Assembly (NCBI GenBank): GCA_964035545.1 | Contig: OZ037767.1 | Location: 23,514,628 to 23,578,627 of the forward strand | Origin: Bugula neritina | Lineage: Eukaryota; Animalia; Bryozoa | DNA length: 64,000 nucleotides | Reading direction: 5' to 3' | In this document: in pieces, positions 25,101-40,100 of the stretch | Layout: the number at the start of each line of letters is the position of its first letter | Numbering within the stretch: the stretch's first letter is position 1 | Position numbers and translations under genes: made by a program | The notes under the pieces: model-generated | Seen by the model: only the letters and a program-made list of their open reading frames with translations | Database searches by the model: none | Told to the model about the DNA's origin: nothing

Positions 25101-28100
25101 AAAATGCATAGAATTTTATGTAGTTTTACTGAACGTAAGCTGACTTCTTTATAGAAAGAAGACTCTAAGCACAGATACATTGTTTTGTCTCTGGACAAGT
25201 CTGTGGACAGGGGAAATGTGCCTAAGTTTATATCCACTTCTCTTCCCAACACTCCTGTGAAAAACAGAAAACGAAAGCTATTTGCTGAGAACGAGTCTCA
25301 TTCGTTGCCATCATCAGCTTCAACTCAAAGTTTAAAGTACCTTTACACTATATTCTCTTACTTACAGCAATGTATATTGATTTATTCAAGAGCAACTGGC
25401 GTATTAATACTATAGTTTTGGCTGTGTTTGGCTGTAATGTTATGTACTAATAATTTATTCGAGTGCCCAACAGCTTACTCATGTCATGTGACTAACTGTT
25501 GATCACATGCTCACTGCTCATCAAAAATTACTTATTGCTTATTAAAACTCTGTATTAGATTATTCTGGTTTTTCTTTAGGAAAGTTTGTAAGAAACGGAA
25601 GCTTTCCATGTCCTCCCCACACAATCCCAATCCATCTGGTGAAAACCTGGTGACAGTAGACATTGCATTCATAGACAGGAACATCTCTGATTTTACTACA
25701 GTCCATAACAGTGTAAGCTAGTTTATTTACTTAACCTTTGGATAGCTTATATTCCAGATGTCGTTCACTGAATCTTAATACTTGTTGTTGCTTTGGGTGC
25801 GACAGGTGAACACATCAATAGACATTGACTTCAACTGTTTGGAGATTGTGCTCAACCAAGAAACTTGGGTCATGCTGCTTGACTTTTTCGGACTCGGTGC
25901 TAAAGTCTTTACACCGGAACAACAGCATGAAGCCAACACTGTTCTGCAGACTCAGCCTCCTAGTATGTCCCACATTTCCTATAACTTGAAAATATGTTTT
26001 ATCAACATATTCTAATATGATACAACATGATTTTATTATGTATTTTAACGTAGTTTAAACATTAAATAAAGTACAAGAAACTGTCAACTTCTTATTGGGA
26101 GTTGGTTGCGTAAGCTAAAAGAATAATGTATTTGTTGGTTTTATTCAGTAATTCAGAAAAACATTTGCATCCAAATGTCAAATTAAAATTGAGTTAATTA
26201 TATGTGCTCATTACAGGTTTTGTCTTGTTTTAGCTGAAGGTTTGAAAGCTAATTTATTTGTGAAAAGTTTTTCTCTGGTTCTCGTGAAGAAAAGCTATGA
26301 TCTGGCAAAAGCCAATATCAGTGAGTTTCAGATTGAAGTGATCAAGCAACAAAAGACTACAAAGTTTTCAGGTCAGTGAGTATAAAAGAGATGAAGAATA
26401 TCCTTAACTTCATCACAGAGCTATTACTCAGACAGAACCCAGTTGTCTGAATGTGTGAATCATACTTGTGTAAACGTATTTTCTTCCGCACACCAGCTTG
26501 TGTATATAGAATAGCGCCTATCTTGGCTATGTCATATTTTAATGAATTGATACGTGTATAATATACAATGTTGCTTAAACATTAATTACGTTTTTTTTTC
26601 ATAACTGATGGTTGAATATTTTGTGTCGTATTTTGCCTTGCGAGTTCTTATGATGTGATGAATAAAGTCAGCTGGCCCTACTGGAGCTATTATTTTGCCA
26701 TATCTTCAACATAATATTTAAATAAACATACAAGACATGAATGTACCATTACACTCATAGGTGGGCTTGGCTCGTTGCGTGTCGAAGACTTGTCTCCCCA
26801 TGGTGTTCTGCACAGCTGCAAGTTCACCACTGCTTCAGATTCCTCTCCAGATAATTTTGAAACAAACATGAAATCGGCTTTGAACTTTCAAGTTCTCAAG
26901 TATGTCATCTATGCAATGTCAAGTAATATTTAGCTTGCCTGAGTTAATGGTAGTTATCCTCTCTCTGCGGGGACTCAAATATGTGTGTAAGTTAGTATCT
27001 GGTGGTACTGTAGAAGAAGGAGATTGCCTGTTTGTTTATGCTGCACATTACTGCTGATACAATGTTGATTTGAAATGGATTGTCATAAACGTTCTCCTTT
27101 GAGTATGGTTTATCTTTCTTTAATTGCAGGTATGACGTGCCTGATGAGATGCTGGAGAGAGAGTTTGACCTTGCAGTTGACCTCAACATGTCTTCTGTTA
27201 TATACACACACTCGAAACGCTTCCCTATTGAGATTATTAATTTTGTGCAGGATTTTCTCGAGCACCATGACAGTATCGGACATATGCGTGCCGCTTCTAA
27301 TGGCCAACAGGTATGAGTTATTACTTTCGTATAATAATGAAAGTAGATTAGTCATATGTCGTTTGACAATTCAGTTTTATGCCTACTTGTATTGAACTCT
27401 TCAGGTGCCGGTTGGCCCGGGACACGCTCCAAGAATTAAACTAAACATCGTAGCCGGAACTCCAATCGTGATTCTGCCAGGGAGCAGTCTTTCCACTAAA
27501 GTATGTAATAAAAATATCTCTACCTATTCAACACAATGTCAATATGTACCTTGCAAGTGTTGTTGATGGCAGAAAAGAAAATAATTTGCTGATAGAACTT
27601 TTTCCTATGACATAGTGCCCACCCTTCATACTCATGCTAATAAATAATTTCGTTTAAAGGTTATTGTGATGCATCTTGGCAACCTTTTCGTTAGCAACAC
27701 ATTTCTATTGGCTGGTGAAGAGAATACACTTGCTCATAAGAACCAATCAGGTGGCTCGCAGGGACGTGAGAGCAGTACCAACTCAACTTATGGTTAAGTA
27801 TATGACCTCCATCAAGTGTTCTTTTATCCATTCATATCTATTTATCATTACTACAACTTATAGGTGGTTTTAAAGGAACGCTTGATTGGTTTACTGATAT
27901 GGTTTTCTGACTATTTATAGCTGTGGGCTGCTGTAATCAATTAGCTATTCTATTGCGTACCTTTGTTAACCACTTCTCTTTCTTATACCAATTTATATTA
28001 ATTGTTATTTGATGGAAATGAATACATGAAGGGACATGCAGTATATTACACTCTATTCACTGTGCTAACATCATGTGATATTCTGTAGATCCTATGACGT

Positions 28101-31100
28101 CCAGCATATACTGCACTACAGACGATACGTTAGAATCAACACTCGAACAGAATGCATCACGTCAGAGTCAGCCATGTTTGTTAGATGTCATGTCTGTGCG
28201 GCTGAGTGAGATGGACATCTACTCTGCTTGCAGGGTTGACGACAGGTTGTCTGCATCATCCACCCTCACTCAGAACAGTGATATTAAGCTCAAGGGCTAT
28301 CACTACAAAATGGATAAAAACCGACCACTAAAGGAGAGGTTTGTGTTTAGGGAACTAGTTTCTTTTGTCAAATAATAAACAACTGATGGCTCAAACCAAG
28401 AGAGCAGCCGTGGTCTTGGGGTTAGAGCATTTGCTTAATAAACACAAAGTCTTGGGTTCGAACCCCAGTAAAGGCCATTGGTGATGTTAGGAAGAGCATC
28501 CAGTCATAATTGCTCCTGTGCCCCATCTGAATAAGTCTTTAGCCTGATTTAACAAAAAACCCTTCCATCAGCTGTTTTCTCACAGGGATGGTCACCATAA
28601 ACTTGTGTGAGTTTTTTTTTGATAGCTCAAAACAGACTGTGTTATTATTGTTTATGGAATAGCTTTTCCTATGATTTATTAAACAGTTATAGTTAGAGTG
28701 TTAGACTCGGTGATGTGTAATGTTTTAGATGTGTGCTGGATTTAATCATTGAAAGAAACTTGGACAATGACCTCAGCCACTCCAGCCCCGAGATAGCTAT
28801 TCAAGGGGCATTGTCCTCAGTCTACTGTCACTTGGATGTGGAACAGTACACTCTGGTCAGGGCTGTTTTAGACCAAAATCTCGGAGAAGATTTAACTGAC
28901 TTACAAAGGGTTGCAAGGCAACTCCCCCATATACAAACTATCCTCTCTGGAAATGTAGGCTTCATTTATTTTCCTTACTTACTACCTCTGCCTGCCCATA
29001 CACTAACAAAGCTGTACTTATAATCGTAATATTTAATATATTAAATTATCGTATTTTCAACTTGTATAATTAAACAAATGCAAATGCAAGACAGTAACTA
29101 CTGACTGATAAGTTCTGTTTAGATTGTTTTTGGATTATTCCTTCAGGCGTTTGTTATACTCCTAAACATCCTCTCTAAAGTTTTGTATGAAGTGACCCCT
29201 TTGGTTAGCTTCTGTTGTTTACGAACTAGTTACATTTGCCATGCATGTGGAGTAGACAACCTGTGTGTTCGTACATGTATATGTAACATATATGCATGCA
29301 CATCTACATTACATGCATAGTGTACGCTATATATATTATATGTATATTATATATAATATAATATAATATGTATATTATATATAATATACTGTTGTATAAT
29401 TTGCTGCTCCCCTCTTGTAGGTGTGGACTGCGCTGGATATGTCTGTAGACCTAAACAACGTAACCATTGAGCTGCTCTACCAGCACCAGACATCCGACTC
29501 CCCACCCGACTCTTTGGCTAGGCTCGACTTTATAACATCTAAGCTAACCTTTGTTTCGTACTCAAATCAGAGTCGAGACGTTGACTTAGTCTCCCAAGAA
29601 ATAAGAGTGACTGATACCAGGGAGGGCGGGCTATCTCTCTTCAAGCAGATTCTACAAGTTAGTATGTGTTATAACATGAACATGTGGTGATAATGTTGAG
29701 TATTGCAGAAGGAAAGGCTATAGCTTGAGTACCACAAATAATTGAGTCTTTTTTTGGCTCTTTCATTTGAATGTTTAGGCTTCAGCTTACCTACTGGTAA
29801 TGCAATGTATAATGTTAAGGTATCCTGCACTACACACTCCATAAGTTCTCCTGCTGTATATCTATCACAGGTAAACAATCAAATTATTTACAAAGTGTGG
29901 TTTATAGCCTTGGTTTGTGTTATTATACTGCAGCCCACAGTAGGGGAGGTAGACCAGACACTGCATATGGAGATACACATGAGATCTAGCAGGGCTAAAA
30001 ACTGCGTATCTGTACTCTTCAACAACATGAGAATATTCTGCGTGCTGGACTGGTTGGCGGCTCTATCTCGGTACTTGGGTAATAGCCCTGAGAAACAGAT
30101 GGTCAAGTCTACACCAAGGTCTGTGCTAGCCTTTGTTCTCTCGTCTGTGCTAGCCTCTGTTCTATCATCTGTCTACTGAGTTTTCTATTCATTTACTGCA
30201 TGTCTTTATTCAGAAATCTTGAATGGCATTCATTTGTGTGCAAGGCATTATGGGGCACAACTTTTAACTAGTTTTGGAAATTAATCAAAATTAGTATGTT
30301 GTGAAATTATCAAATTTTGGCCATTTTACCATTTTAAGCACACACCAGCAGCTTTGGGCCAAGAGTTAAAATTTGCTAAAATTTAATGAAAGGTTACTAT
30401 TCTGGGTAATTTCATATTCTGATTCAAAATGTGTATGCAAAAATAGCTGAGAGAGGTTCTGCAACAAAAAATCCTAGTTTCAAGCAAGATGATATGTGGT
30501 CAAGGAACGTACAGTTGACTATGTTGTGAAATCAAATATATTCTATCCTACAGAGTTAGTCAAACAGTTGCCCCGAGCCTTGCCTCTCTTGCTCTGGAGG
30601 AAAACACGGAGGACGCCAAGTTAGAACTAAAGCTAAATCTCACAGACACCGAGCTTGTTCTTGTTGAGGATGTGTCACACAGCAATAGCAGTTCTATCAT
30701 TCTCAAGACAACCGCTATATGCCACTATCAGCCTTATAATGAATCTAGACCCGTGATATGCAACTTGCAGGTATTTGTGACCACATACATTGCTGTCTAG
30801 ACACATACATGCTTGGTGTATCAGCTATCAGCGCTTGCACTTGTTTTATTTCTTGTTGTTTTTATTTGTAGAAAATGGAGCTTTTCTCTTGCTCTATGTG
30901 TGCGGAGTCAAGCACTGCCCTCTCTATAATTGACCCTTTCGACGTGACAATTGAATTAGTAAAGCGGCAACCAGCAGCTCAAGACAGTTCTCATCTCTCG
31001 TATCAACTAGAAGTCGGCGTGTCGGTTTTGTGTGTCAGATTTTCCTACAACGACCTACTTCTGTTTCAGAGGATCCTGAATTCTCAGCAGCTCAGTTTGG

Positions 31101-34100
31101 TTCTCTCTGATGAGACCAGCTCTTCTGACCAGAAGTTGACGCAGGCCAAAGGTTTGAGCACACAAACATTTTGCTCTTGTTGATAGTAGTAATAATATAT
31201 ACTCATCTAGTAGTATTATATACTAACCTAGTAGTAATATATACTCATCTAGTAGTAATATATACTAACCTAGTTGTAATATATACTCATCTATTAGTAA
31301 TATATACTAACCTAGTTGTAATATATGCTCATCTATTAGTAATATATACTCATCTATTAGTAATATATACTAACCTAGTTGTAATATATGCTCATCTATT
31401 AGTAATATATATTAACCTGGTATTAATATATTCTCATCTATTAGTAATATATACTAACCTAGTAGTAATATATACTCATCTAGTAGTAATATGTGTTATT
31501 GCAGATGATGTCGAGTCCACCCCATCACTAATGGCAGCAGTAAGCAGTATGGAGGTGAACACTGACCGTCTCTCTCTCTGCCTGATCAATGACTGTGCTG
31601 ACATGGATATTCCTCTATTTGAACTACATCTGAATGGTAAGCTCTGTTTACCATAGAGGGCTTTTCTTTTTATATTCATAGAATTTGTTCTAAATTTATG
31701 GTGCATCATAGACATCTCATAGTCATACATTATATCCATTCGGTGTTTGTAATGTAATACAATATAAAAATGGAGTTTATTTTCTCTCTCTTTTTCTGCT
31801 GGTCAATTTACTTTTAAGAAATGTATGAGGATGCTATTTTAGTTTTTTGCTTTAAAGAAAAGTGTACCCAACTATAGCAGGTAAAACACTTTGTAACTGT
31901 AAATAATTAAGTCATTACATATAGAGTGTCACAAGCTACTCAGATGCTTTATGCATTATATTTTATTTTCACCATCATAACATTATGCTGCAAATATAAA
32001 CTATGTGTTTTATGTAAATGTTTTTTTATTAAAATGATTTGAGTGTTAAAACTAGTTGTTCACACACTGAAATCACTGAATAATTGCTTTGTCTGTTTAG
32101 AGCTGCAGTTTAACCAAAGAATAGGTAATGCAACTCATTCAGACACTTCTATTGGACAAGTCAGTTTTGAAGAGCCAATAGCTGGTACTCTTTCACTTAA
32201 GTTTGGACTGGACTATTACAATCGTCTGCTAAGTGGGTGGGAGCCAATGGTTGAACCGTGGAAGATGAACATAAGCTGGGATGGCAACCTCATGTCTAAT
32301 GAGGATCTTGATGTTAAAGTTAGAAGTAAGTCTTGTCTGCGTTAAAAGGCACGTGAAATCTTGTTTCCTCTAGACATTGTAACACATACAGCCATAACTC
32401 AACTTCCAGTTTTTAGTTTTTCTATTGGAATATATTAAATCTAGAAATGTAAACACTGTAGTCTATATTGAATGGCTTACCTAATCTGTCACCACTTGGT
32501 CTACATGTATGCTGGTATTACATAATATTAACACTGTGAATGTTTTCTAATTCATGAAAATAAAACATCATTGTGAATAGAAAGTTGGCAGGTTATTTGA
32601 GAGCATTGCTATGTTTTGATTGTTGTCTGTGTAATAACTACTGGTGTATGTAATTCCTTCCATTGTAGTTACTAGTGTGTTGCTATCTGTAGTAGTCACT
32701 AGTGTACTTATTGTGTCTGTTGTAGTTACTAATGTATGTGTTGCTATCTGTTGTAGCTACTAGTGTGTTGATTGTTGTAGTTACTAGTGTGTTGCTATAT
32801 GTAGTAACTACTAATGCATGTGTTGCTATATGTGGTAACTACTAATGTATGTGTTGCAATATGTAGTAACTACTGATGTATGTGTTGCTATATGTAGTAA
32901 CTACTGGTGTATGTGTTGCTATATGTAGTAACTACTAATGTATGTGTTGCAATATGTAGTAACTACTGATGTATGTGTTGCTATATGTAGTAACTACTGA
33001 TGTATGTGTTGCTATATGTAGTAACTACTAATGTATGTGTTGCTATATGTGGTAACTACTGATGTATGTGCTGTCTATTGTAGCTACTGATGTTGTTAAC
33101 CTCAATGTGACAAGTGCAGTGTTGGACATGCTGCAGCAGATGAATCAGATCTGGTCTTCTCTACCTGGCAGCAGTACTGGCAGCTCTCCAGCTTCACCAA
33201 TCACAAGGTAGTATGCTGACAGTGGATCTGTAAAATAGCTAGTATACAATATCTAAGTGTCTAATCTTTTTATTGGTGCCGATAGCAGCCGATCTAATGT
33301 TTTCTAGCAAATGAACACATCTTAGATGTATGTGATGGTTCATGAACAATGGCTGCAGTATATTCTTAATGTAAAGCAGTGAAAATTAAACTTTAACTTC
33401 TGTAGTCACGATTTAGTATGTCACTCAGAATGATTTAAATGTGCTGCTATGTTTACTATTGAAAGATGCTAAGGGCTGTACAGTGTGGTGTTTCTGGACC
33501 TTTTGACGAGAGTTTTAGACAGTCTGGAGAATTCTGCCATCAACATATTTTATAATTGTTGAAAGCATGTACATGTGTATGACTTTAGTAGTCCCTTACT
33601 TGAATATATACATGAATTTTGCAAATATAGGCTATGCTATATCTCATGGTACATGTGACTAAACTTACATGCTTTGCAATATTTATGTTTTTGCTATACT
33701 CGGAGTTAGCAAAAAGTCTCTCTTGGAAGTTGTAGGTTTAAGCAGAACTGCTTTAATACAGCTTTTTAAAACATGCAGTTTATGATTTATGATTTCTAGC
33801 AATCGGGAGTCGTTTGTTCCTTACTCTCTGAATAACCAAACCGGAAGAACGTTACTGTTTGCAATAGTTACCAAGACAGATGGTACAGTGTCACTGCCTA
33901 CTTCATGGTGTGAGGTGATGCACGGCCAAACTAAACCTTTCTCTTGTATTTCCTCCCAGAACAAACAGAGACATCAGGTAACGTTATGTAATGTCTAATT
34001 ATTAGCAGCTTGCATACCCCATAAGCCTATACCTGGGTTTGCTTGTTATACTTCTCATGTTCCTTACTGGTGATGTATGGCCTTTTAACATGTAACTAAA

Positions 34101-37100
34101 AAGATGATCATCTTCATTATTAATTTGCATTAACAACTGTAAATAGTAAAGATACGTATGTATTTCCAACAGAATATATATATTGCGTGTGTAACTTGTA
34201 TATATATATGATTTATATATGTGTAGTTGATATATTATCAATTCTCGTGTAACTGATATACGAGTCACTCCTGTTTAACTGATATATGATTCATATCTGT
34301 AGTGTAAATATTAATTGGCAGGACACTCATGAGTCTACAGACCACCGTCTGGTGGTAATGGTGGAAGGATGGCAGAAGACAAGTGCAGTTAGCATTGATA
34401 AAGTTGGTCTGTTCTTCCGAACCATTTTCACTGATGAGCACAGCAAATCTGTACCAAAGGTATGGCTGTAGAATATCTCAGGGACATTGGGTTTAGCTGC
34501 CAGGTATCTTAGGTATACTGCAAGGTACTTCAGGTATACTGCAAAATACCTCAGGTATACTGCCAGGTACTTCAGGTATACTGCAAGGTACTTCAGGTAT
34601 ACTGCAAGGTACCTCAGGTATACTGACAGGTACTTCAGGTATACTAACAGGTACTTCAGGTGTACTGGCAGGTACTTCAGGTGTACTAGCAAATTTAGGC
34701 TGTACCTATTGAAGCATATGTAGAAGTTGGATCAACTATATCAGTGTTGATAACTTTATTTCAAATTGCAAATCAGAAGCTAAATAGAACACTCAAGAAG
34801 ATCCTGCATTGTAGAACTGTTCAAGTTTAGAAATGTTTACTTCCCTGTAAGGTTACTCTTTGAACAGCTGACTCTGCGTAAAGGGAGGGGGGGCTTATTT
34901 GAAGTTTGTTTTTATAAAATTATCTATGAATGTATGATGTTTTCAAACATCAATAGCTTTGTTAACAACACGTTGCTATTTTCGTATGCTTATTTTTTAC
35001 TTTTGTGGCTTTATCTAGTATCTACCATTGGCACCTCTACATAGTATGATGCAGTGTAATGCACATACTGTATATTACAGATTGTAGCAAGTAGAATAGT
35101 GTTTGACATCAAATGCATGGAGAATGCCTCCAAGTGTATTACAGTGAAATCTCCCATCACTCTACGGAATTACACTTCACAAGATATTGAGATGCGAATG
35201 GAGTCTATTCTTGATTCAGGTATGTCATACTTGCTTCTCTATATGTCACAGATATCTCAGCACTCAGCAGTTCATTCTGTTGCAGATGTGATGTTCTAGA
35301 GAGTTCTGAAAACATTCTCAGCTGCCGCTTTTTTATCAGACACTTCTAGAAGTATTCTATCTCACCATCGCATCTCACCATCACATCTCACCATCACGTT
35401 TCACCATCACGTTTCACCATCATGTCTCACCATCACGTCTCACCATCACGTCTCACCATCACGTTTCACCATCATGTCTCACCATCATGTCTCACCATCA
35501 TGTCTCACCATCACGTCTCACCATCATGTCTCACCATTTAGTATGTGCATGTCACATGCTAAGGTGAACTGATTACACATGCACGTACTGTGCAGTAGGT
35601 ATATCAGTGTTCAAATGTATTCTCACACTACTTGCAGGAGCTGCTTGCACCACGGTGCTACCAGCTAACACTTCCCAGCCACTCCCTCTTGCCTTTCTCT
35701 TCAGCTGTTTGTGGTTTAGACCAGCTGGTAATGAGATGCTCACATACACTAATAGCCCTATTTCTTGCCAAAGTATGAAATTGGAGAAGGGTGGAGTTAA
35801 GTCTACTTCCCTCGTCTCTGATTCCGTGTTGGACAGTGCACAGTCATTCAGGTGTGTAAAATTATACATCAAATGGGAGTGTTTTACTGTAATAATAGTA
35901 TTCTCCAACATCTATCATACATATACAATTATATATAGTCACTATTCATGTCAGAAACCTTGGTGGAAAGGTTTTTTAATCGGGCTAAGAACTTATTCAT
36001 ATGTGGTACAGGAGCAATTATGACTGGATGCTCTTCCTAACATCACCAATGGCCTTTATTGGGGGGGGGGTCAAACCTATGATTTTGGTTTTATTAAGCC
36101 AGCGCTCTAACCCCTAGACCACGGCAGTTTTTTATGGTTACTATAGGTTTTATTGTGGAAGGTATTATGGCGGCTAGGTTGTTGTGCAGTATGATATATT
36201 TATTATCTGTTGTTTCCTTGCTGTGTATATATCTACTTGTACCACTAGTGGAATAATTGTGTTGATGTATCTGTTTACATCCAGGCTCTCTGCGGTGGTG
36301 AAGAAAGAGCCATACCCAGAAGAAGCTGTGATGGAAACCCTTGGACCCAACACACTGTATCAACCTGGCCACACGGTGACGCTACTCCCTCCCCTGACTA
36401 TTGTGAACCTACTACCTGTGGACTTAGGCTATTTGGTTAATCACAGTACCCATAGTGGTAAACTTAGGCCTGGCAAAGAGGTGGTATTACACCAGGTGAA
36501 CTTCTATAGTGAAAACAATATTTGCAACCATAGCACATGCTTGTAGATGTATATTAAAGAATCCCTGAAACGTTTCATTTATGCAGTACTAAAATATTCA
36601 TATAGTACTTACTGCTTGAGGATTGCATGCTCAAACAGTTTTGTTTAAGAAATTCTGTGCTTATGCTGATGACATTTTCATTTGACTCTGGAGTCCGTGG
36701 TACTATAAAACTAATAGTAATTGTTACTGACTTCCATTGCATGCTACTCTTAAGTTGCGTTTATACCTCTGCTGAAAAAAGTACCGAGTTTAAGTTAATA
36801 ATGCTTGTCCGGGTACCCCTTTATAGTCAAACTGAAACTCGTTGAAATCATATTGATGCGGTTGCTCACTTTCTGAAATTGAAATTTGACTCGCATAATA
36901 GCTATTTGATGCCCTTTGTAAACGTCGTGAATTGGTGAAGCGGAAAGCATAAAAGCGATAATTGAGAAGGCGTAGGCTATATAATTATAACCGTATAAGT
37001 ACATTGTCTAATCGCCAAAGTAATAACTAATTAACGATGTTTACAAGGAGCTATTACTCCTATTCTAAAATTGGCCGATTAAGTTATCACAGCACAAAAA

Positions 37101-40100
37101 TTTCAACGAGTGGCTTTTACAATGCAATGCAACTCGGAGAAATTTCAACCCGGCCAAATTGAAATTTTGACCGAAAATCGTGAAGGTATAAACGCAACTA
37201 TAGCTGATGCAACACACAACGTAGTCATTGAGCTGGCTTGAAATTTGAAAGTTTAAAAGAATGTTATGGCTATAGAAACAAGATTCAGTGAAAATATGCC
37301 ACTAAATTAAATATACACTGTATTAGTTGTTGTCACTACTAATGTGTTGTAACAATTAATGATGGCGTAGTTAGTATACAGTGATGTAGTAACTAATAGT
37401 AGCTATTATGATTTGGGAATCACAGCTGTTTAAATATCCATGTTTTTTACACCAGCAATGATGTCTTATAAAACATAATAATATGCTAGTTTTCAATGTC
37501 CATAGTAGTTGGGTGATGCACTCTTCGTAAGAAAGTCTTACCACTGAAATAATGGCCAAATTTCTCAACATTTTGCTGTTTTCATGCTGCACTAATCACT
37601 ATCCAATGGCTACTCTTTCTAACCATAGAATCATATCTATAAGAAAAACTAGTGACTATTTTGCTATTTTAACTACAGGTAAACGTTTCTAACAGTCTGA
37701 AGCTAGATCTTGCAGCTGATGGCTACCATAAAGGTGGAGCTCTGAATATCAACTCCAGCGCTAGTGATCATGTTCTCAATGTTAGAGTCTACGATGCTTC
37801 TGACCGGCTGCTCCTATTGGATGCCAGAATCACTCGAGAAGCTGTTGGGTCCGTTAAGGTAATCTATGGTTTCATCATAAAGCATTCCCAAAGAGAGAGA
37901 GAGGGAGAGGGAGAGGGAGAGAGAGAAAATGTTTGGTTTTATCCATTAGTGTTTGCCTTATGCACGTGAAAGGGCGACTGACTACGTTTAGGTCAGTTTA
38001 AACCCGTGTAAGGCTGCCTTTGGTTCAGTATTGTTTTATTTATAATTACAATAATTTGAAAATTATGAAACTGGTTTACTTTCGCAGCAGATACTGGAGA
38101 AGTATATATTGCACATAGTTTCCTGATTAAGGTCACATGGTTCAATTTTAAATAAAATATAAAATCATAAAAGCTATTTGGCAGTATTGAGGTGATAGTA
38201 CAGAACTTACTATAAATACAAATACGTTTCCCTAATTTTTAATTGCTGGATTAATTTGGCAATAAATTAAAAAAAGTTAGGCAAATGTTACAAACAAAGA
38301 TCATAAAAATCACAGCAGTGGCTTACCTAGGTTTTTTACCTGGCACATACAGTCACTTTTAAGACCAAAGAGCTCTTTTATTAACTTCATTTCCAAGTTG
38401 CTTCTAGACTTTATGTTGTGGAGCAGGTTTGATTTCCAGTTATTAGCCTTCCAATAAATTTAAAAATAGAAACAGAGTGCAAGAATCGCATGTAGACTCC
38501 GACATGTTCAACATATTCTCTTGCCATTCAGGTGGTCATCTCTGTGAAATACTGGATGATCAACCACACTGGTCTACCTCTTGTATTCAAGCAAGTTGGC
38601 TCTAAGTCTACAGCATCTGGACAGTTTGAGGAGAATGAGATTGCCAGGAGCATGGCACCTCTCATGTTCTCTTTCTCCGAGAATGAACAGCCAGACTTGT
38701 AAGTGTTATCTGCTCGTTTAGAAGGTTTTAACTTCCATTTTGTGACTAGAATAGGCTTCTTATTTTACAACCACAGATTTAGGAGTTTTTTTTAAATGTT
38801 CAGGCAATCACATATTTGGGCACCAATGTATACAGATATATATTATATAAATACACAAAGTTTTACTGACTTTATTCACGTGGAGGGAGATATGTAATAT
38901 AGCAATCCTTTTACATGATAACTGAGACCTTGGTTTTCCTTATATTAGTGTAGTTGCGTGCCTGATTTTTCAGTCAGGAAAAAAACATTTCTATAAACAC
39001 ATGTTTATGATTAATAGACAGGTTGTATAACCACTTCAACTCGATTGAACACATTTTTATTGTAACAGATACTAATATACTTATTATTCATTTTAAATGA
39101 TTATTTGTGTCAGCTAATATGCCTCAACTCTAATGGATACTGTTGAGATGTTTAACTCTACCTTAATAGTTAAAAGAAATGCTATCACCTAGAATAAACC
39201 ATCTAATAAATTTATAATCAACAGTTATTTCAATTGCTGGAAGCATTTTAAAATTCCGATGCAGTCACCAGTGAGTTTTTATGATTATAAGTGTTTATTA
39301 TTGCTCTATTGAAGCCTCCTCTCCTTATCCTAGTCATGCGCATGCTTATGTTAGCTCTCAATACTCTAAACAATACTTCTACAATGGTTCTGGTTGTCTT
39401 ACAGATGCTCCATGAGACTCGGTACTGTTGTCCACCCTACGAGTAAGCCCTCCTGGTGTCACAGGTTTAGTCTAGACAATGGTAATCATGTGAGACGTTT
39501 GAGAGTGGCGCGTAGTGACGGTCGACCAGAGTGGTAAATACAGTCATATTACGTAGCTTTACTTGCTTCCCTGTGTGAGAATAGAAGCTATCAACTTTTT
39601 CTCACCAACTGTCAAACCTTTGAGTATAAACAGGGATTTCAAATAATCACTACAAGTGTATATAAAAATATGAAGCAAGAGTTGGTTAAATTAACGTCCT
39701 GCTTTACTTTTTTCTAAGTAAAGTTCGACAAGAACACAACCTATGACATAGCAAGAAACAGAACCTAGAATAATGAGTGTCATTTCTCTTACAGGGTGAA
39801 TACTTGGTAGATGCTGTATTTACAGGGTATACAATATTGGAATTGAAGTAAACAAAGCTGTGAGGAAGTACGAGGATACGACCATGGTTACTCTAGTCCC
39901 ATATAATAAGGTCATCAACAAGTCCTCTCATAGGATTGCCTTTACACAGAAGGTTTTCACCCAGTCCGTAAGTATTTCTAACAGTACAGTAAGACACTGA
40001 AGTGGTGCTCTGTAGTGGTACTGTGCTATAGTACACTGTAGTGATACACTGTAGTTGTATACTGTTGTGTTACAGTGCTGTAATACACTGTTGTGTTACA

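Noticed and set aside
27075-27873. ORFs 27075..27395 and 27676..27873 as separate proteins
   Set aside because: Off-frame overlaps of VPS13D exons 37 and 39.
28402-28470. Functional tRNA gene
   Set aside because: No complete cloverleaf, and it is fused to a repeated SINE body. The B-box fragment near 52985-53005 is likewise only a relic.
31171-31504. Hydrophobic repeat ORF (VVIYTHL)n in frame with exon 46
   Set aside because: 21-bp minisatellite; read-through from exon 45 meets a stop at 31181-31183 and a clean phase-1 splice skips it.
34327-34723. YLKYLAV / RYTARYF repeat ORFs
   Set aside because: Both strands of the 21-bp intronic repeat.
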